NCBI GenBank assembly: GCA_963789265.1
Contig: CAWBKB010000001.1
Location: 2,432,001-2,496,000, forward strand
From: an uncultured delta proteobacterium
GTDB lineage: Bacteria > Desulfobacterota > Desulfomonilia > Desulfomonilales > Desulfomonilaceae
DNA: 64,000 nt
Direction: 5' to 3'
Below, one piece after another: positions 60,172 through 64,000 of this stretch (within the stretch, counting starts at the first letter, position 1; the number at the start of each line of letters is the position of its first letter). Below the pieces are notes generated by a model. It had not been told where the DNA came from and ran no database searches. It worked only from the letters and a program-made list of their open reading frames with translations. A program made the position numbers and the translations under genes.

Positions 60172-60977
60172 GCACCAACTATCGATCTTTCTTCGGCATG
60201 AGCCGGGAGGCGTTCCCCACCGACATAAACATCAAGGACATTCTGGAAACCCAAGACATTGCAGCAATCAAAGAGCGCTTTGACTATACGGTCAGGTTGG
60301 GAGCTATTGCGACCCTCACCGGCGAGGTGGGATCGGGAAAGTCCACGGCTCTCAGGTACGTCATCTCAAAGCTCCACCCATCCGAATACAAGACCGTGTG
60401 GATCACTGCCTGCTCAGGCTCCATTCTGGAGTTTTATCGGCTCTTCCTCGCTGAATTCGGTATTCACATGGCGGGATCACAGAAAGCCATCATGGTGCGC
60501 CTTATCAAGAAGGCAGTACGGGAAGTGATCCTGGAAAAGAAGATGAAGATCGTGCTGGTGGTCGATGAGGCATCGTTGATGCGTCTGGAGGTCTTTGCCG
60601 AGATCCACACCATCACCGTCTTCGAGGCTGACTCAAAACCGTGGTTGCCTATTGTCCTGACCGGGCGGAGCAACCTCATCGACAAGCTCATGTATCAAAC
60701 CTCCGCTCCGCTCGCGTCACGAATCGTCGCACGCAGCCATATGGAGCCGGTCAGCAGGCAGGAGATGGAACAGTACCTCTCTCACCATCTCTCTCTCACA
60801 GGCGTCAAATCCAGCCTCTTTGACGACGCTGCGATCACCGCAATCCATCAAGGCTCAGGAGGAACATTCAGGAAGGCTAACCATCTGGCAAGAGGCGCTC
60901 TCGTCGCAGCGGCAAACAACCAATCCACCATCGTCACCGCAGATCACGTCAGACTCGCAGCTACCGAAATCTTTTGA
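60168..60977 (+). CDS. ExeA/TnsC-like AAA+ ATPase
   Basis: GEVGSGKST, LVVDEA; ATGA overlap with the transposase. Confidence 0.9.
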   Translation: MSTNYRSFFGMSREAFPTDINIKDILETQDIAAIKERFDYTVRLGAIATLTGEVGSGKSTALRYVISKLHPSEYKTVWITACSGSILEFYRLFLAEFGIHMAGSQKAIMVRLIKKAVREVILEKKMKIVLVVDEASLMRLEVFAEIHTITVFEADSKPWLPIVLTGRSNLIDKLMYQTSAPLASRIVARSHMEPVSRQEMEQYLSHHLSLTGVKSSLFDDAAITAIHQGSGGTFRKANHLARGALVAAANNQSTIVTADHVRLAATEIF

Positions 60978-61088
60978 ACAACCTATCACCGGGCCGGACC
61001 ACCCGGCCCAGTCAAAACAATCTGAAAAACTAGGCGCTCTGTCCCAAATAATCAGAAAAAATCAGTCAATTTAATGTGAAAAACAACA

Positions 61089-62890
61089 GCGCAAGCCTGA
61101 AGCACCTCCTTCGCAGCATCGGGCAACGAATCTACCCTAGCCATGATCACGTCCTGGATCGTGGAAGGAATGGCCACCCGATCCACATCTTTGGGCAAAT
61201 GGTACGTATAGTTTGTTAGCTCTATAATGCCCATGTCTCTAAGTGACCGCACAAACTCCTCAATGAAGAAAGGCACTCCCTCAGTCTTTTCAAGGATTAG
61301 ATCCTGCAGGTCAGGCGCTATGTTGTCGCTGCCCAGTAAGTCGGCCATCATGGCCAGACTTTCGTGATTAGCAAGGCGATTTAAAGTGACCTGGCTGTGA
61401 AAGGATTTGCCCCCCCACGTGTGAACGAATTCGGGCCGATATGTGAATATCATCAGCACCCGAGCGCCTGGGATACTCTCCATAAGGTACTTGGCCGCGT
61501 CTTCCGAACTCTTATCCATCCAGTGCAGGTCTTCAAAAGCGAATACCAGCGGCCTGCCTTCTGAGCCCTTCAGGATTATGCGTTGCAGCGCCCTTTGAAT
61601 CCTGTCTTTCCTCGCCTCGGGGCTCATTAAAATCTTATCAATACCACTGTCTTTCACGGATAAAAGTTCAAGCAGATATGGCAAGGTGGAAGCTTCATCG
61701 ACTCCCAGTATTGTAAGTCCTCTCTTAACTTTGACCGTGACATCCGAATCTGAGGCGCCATCATCCACCCCGAAGTTCGACTTCAGCACGTCAATGATCG
61801 GATGATAGGCGGTCCCTCGGCCATAAGAGATGCATTTCCCTTCCAGAAACAGGATGTCTTCGTTGGCTATAGCCTTCCTGAACTCATACAAAAGCCGAGA
61901 CTTGCCGACCCCAGCCTCTCCCATGATGGAGACAGCCTGACCTCTGCCTGCCTTGGCTCTCTCAAAGCTGTCGAGTAAGAGTTCGAGTTCTCTTTCCCTT
62001 CCAACGAATTTACTCAGGCCACGCTCAGCACTTACGTCGAACCTGGTCCTTCGGGTGCTCGGTGCAATCACCTGATAGACCCTCATGGGCTTTTCTTTAC
62101 CCTTAATCTGCTTTTCGCCCAAAGCCTCGAACCGGAAGAATCCCTCAGTCAGCTTGAACGTATCCTCTGTGGCATAGGTGGTACCCGGCTCCGCCATTTG
62201 CTCCATCCGGGCCGCCATATTGATGGTGTCGCCGACAGCGGTAAATTGGACTCGAAGATCGTTTCCGACAGTGCCCACGACGACCGGACCAGAGTTGATG
62301 CCTATGCGAACCAACACTGGTGGAATGTTCTTCTCAGTCTTGAGCTTGTCATTAAATCGGGTCAGTTCTCGGTGAATAGCCAAGGAGGATCTGATAGCTC
62401 TCTGGGGTGCATCCTCCAAAGCAATGGGCGCACCGAAAAACGCCAAGACACCGTCGCCCCTTAGTTCGTTTACAGTGCCTTCGTAATCGTGGATCTTGTG
62501 AATGAGCAGCTCGAAGACCTGATCCATGAGGGAGAATGTCTCCTCAGGGCCGAGCTTTTCCGTCAATGGCGTAAAGCCCTTCATGTCCACAAACATGATG
62601 GTCACATGCCGCCGCTCCCCTTCTATCCTGTCTCTTTGAGACAAGATCTTCTCGGTCAGGCCACCGGGAAGATATTTCTGAATCTTGGCAAGCTTTTCAT
62701 CGAAGGAGAGATTTTTCGGCAAAGCGGTGTCGGCAGGGGAGGTTAGATTGTGGCCACACTCACCGCAGAACTTGAATTCTGGAGGATTGGAGGCTTTGCA
62801 GTTTGAGCAAACAGCTTCAAGCTTAGTGCCGCATTCGCCGCAGAATTTTATGCCCGCTGGGTTCTCGAACTGGCATTTCTGGCACTTCAT
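61089..62890 (-). pseudogene. 5' part of a double zinc ribbon + class III cyclase + AAA ATPase + TPR gene, interrupted by the transposon
   Basis: MKCQKC...FCGECG...CSNC...FCGECG, MFVDMKGFT, LRGDG, GDTINMAARME, GEAGVGKS, EDLHW. Confidence 0.9.
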
Positions 62891-63123
62891 GGCTTCCCCC
62901 GCCATGCAATTGGGAAGAGGATGGCAGAAATTCTAAACTCTGGGGAAACGCAATAAGATGGAATGAATCATGACTATCACTACCCCCTGGTAATCCGATG
63001 TTAGTTTAATGGACAGCGCACCCCCTGTCAATCAATTATTTCGTTATCCTGGGGACTTGTAATTGCTCGCTGTCGGAGCTTTCAATTTTGAGATGCCCGC
63101 TTGCAAGGTGATTTGTTTCAGGA

Positions 63124-64000
63124 TCACCTACGGTTGCTATGACCTTTTTCCTCGTAGTAGCTGAGGAGTCTCTTCTTTATCTGATAAGACTGGTCGGATA
63201 ATGAGACCTTGTAAATGTGCGGGTTGGAGAAGCGCTTATATTCGGGCTCTAGACTGTTGATCTGAAACTGGGCCCGCGCTCGAATCTTCTCCAGTCCGGG
63301 GGACTCATAAACTTGCTTGCCATTGAGAAAGATCGGCACCATAAGCTCCGTAGCACTGTATGGGGCCCGATAAATCTTTTTCATATAATCGTACATGGGA
63401 TGGTGGGCTCTAACAGGTTTGCCGTCGGGCAATGGCTCATCCACTTGAGCCAGGAGGTCGCCGATCATTCGATCGTTCCCGTTATAGAACCGTACGATCT
63501 TTTTGACTCCCGGGTTGGTAACCTTCATTGGATTCTGGGAGATCTTGATCTTCGGCACCAGAACTCCATCACCCTTATCGGCAGCCATGAGCTTGTAGAC
63601 AACCCCCAGAGCCGGCGTCTGATATGAAGTCATCAGACGAGTTCCCACACACCAGATGTCGATACGAGCGCCCTGATCTTGGAGGCTCTCGATGATCCAC
63701 TCATCCAGATCGCTACTTGCAAGGATTTTGACCTCAGGAAGACCCGCAGCGTCCAACATGAACCGCGCTGCTTTGGAATAGTAAGCCAAGTCACCGCTGT
63801 CTATCCTTATTCCCGCAAGCTGCTTGCCCATTCCTCGCATTTCCTGGGCCACCTCGATTGCCTGGCGAATGCCCTCGAGAGTGTCGTAGGTATCGGTGAG
63901 CAAGACGCAGTTATCGGGAAAAATCCTGGCAAATCCTCTGAATGACTCTATCTCGCTATCGAAGCTTTCAACCCAACTATGGGCATGAGTCCCTTTCACA
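63124..64000 (-). CDS. pncB: Nicotinate phosphoribosyltransferase, C-terminal part (runs off the right edge)
   Basis: GTHAHSWV, LTDTYDTL, GIRIDSGDL, ALGVVYKL, KVTNPGVK. Confidence 0.93.
   Translation of the reverse strand, partial: VKGTHAHSWVESFDSEIESFRGFARIFPDNCVLLTDTYDTLEGIRQAIEVAQEMRGMGKQLAGIRIDSGDLAYYSKAARFMLDAAGLPEVKILASSDLDEWIIESLQDQGARIDIWCVGTRLMTSYQTPALGVVYKLMAADKGDGVLVPKIKISQNPMKVTNPGVKKIVRFYNGNDRMIGDLLAQVDEPLPDGKPVRAHHPMYDYMKKIYRAPYSATELMVPIFLNGKQVYESPGLEKIRARAQFQINSLEPEYKRFSNPHIYKVSLSDQSYQIKKRLLSYYEEKGHSNRR

Larger units (their letters stand above)
58151..61088 (+). mobile_element. Three-gene transposon (Zn-ribbon protein, DDE transposase, ExeA-like ATPase) with TGT...ACA ends
   Basis: Imperfect terminal IRs, three sub-terminal repeats per end, flanks GAGCAAG / GCGCAAG; removal restores the host reading frame. 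Confidence 0.9.

Noticed and set aside
1..64000. tRNA/rRNA genes, prophage or integron
   Set aside because: No cloverleaf/T-loop signatures, rRNA sequence, phage structural genes or tyrosine integrase recognised by eye; a tRNAscan/Infernal run would be needed to exclude small RNAs.

Overview
Bacterial chromosomal window with moderately high GC. The gene content and repeat families suggest a Desulfobacterota (deltaproteobacterial) anaerobe; this is an inference. Housekeeping genes include yraN, ttcA-ribE-ribBA-ribH-nusB, grpE-dnaK and part of pncB. Accessory genes include a CoA-substrate activase, an IclR/CoA-ligase/xanthine-dehydrogenase-family cluster, a TetR-HlyD-ABC efflux operon, pemIK, MscS, an MFS transporter, and a decaying array of zinc-ribbon/class III cyclase/AAA/TPR genes. 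One of these is split by a three-gene TGT...ACA transposon. The best candidate for an undescribed system is 5.2-15.6 kb. It holds ferrosome-cluster-like small membrane proteins (two DUF5132-like GxxxG proteins, two HMA2-like proteins), a YtaF/MntP-family protein, and a type-IIA P-type ATPase with an HMA2-like N-terminus. The ATPase is translationally coupled to a MetK paralogue that has lost its methionine/adenine-binding residues but keeps most triphosphate/metal ligands. The cluster lies divergent from phoB-phoU, and 11-bp-periodic direct repeats precede several of its units. Intergenic DNA is packed with nested REP/MITE-like repeats, and a RAYT transposase gene begins at the left edge. All family assignments were made by eye from motifs; no database searches were run.
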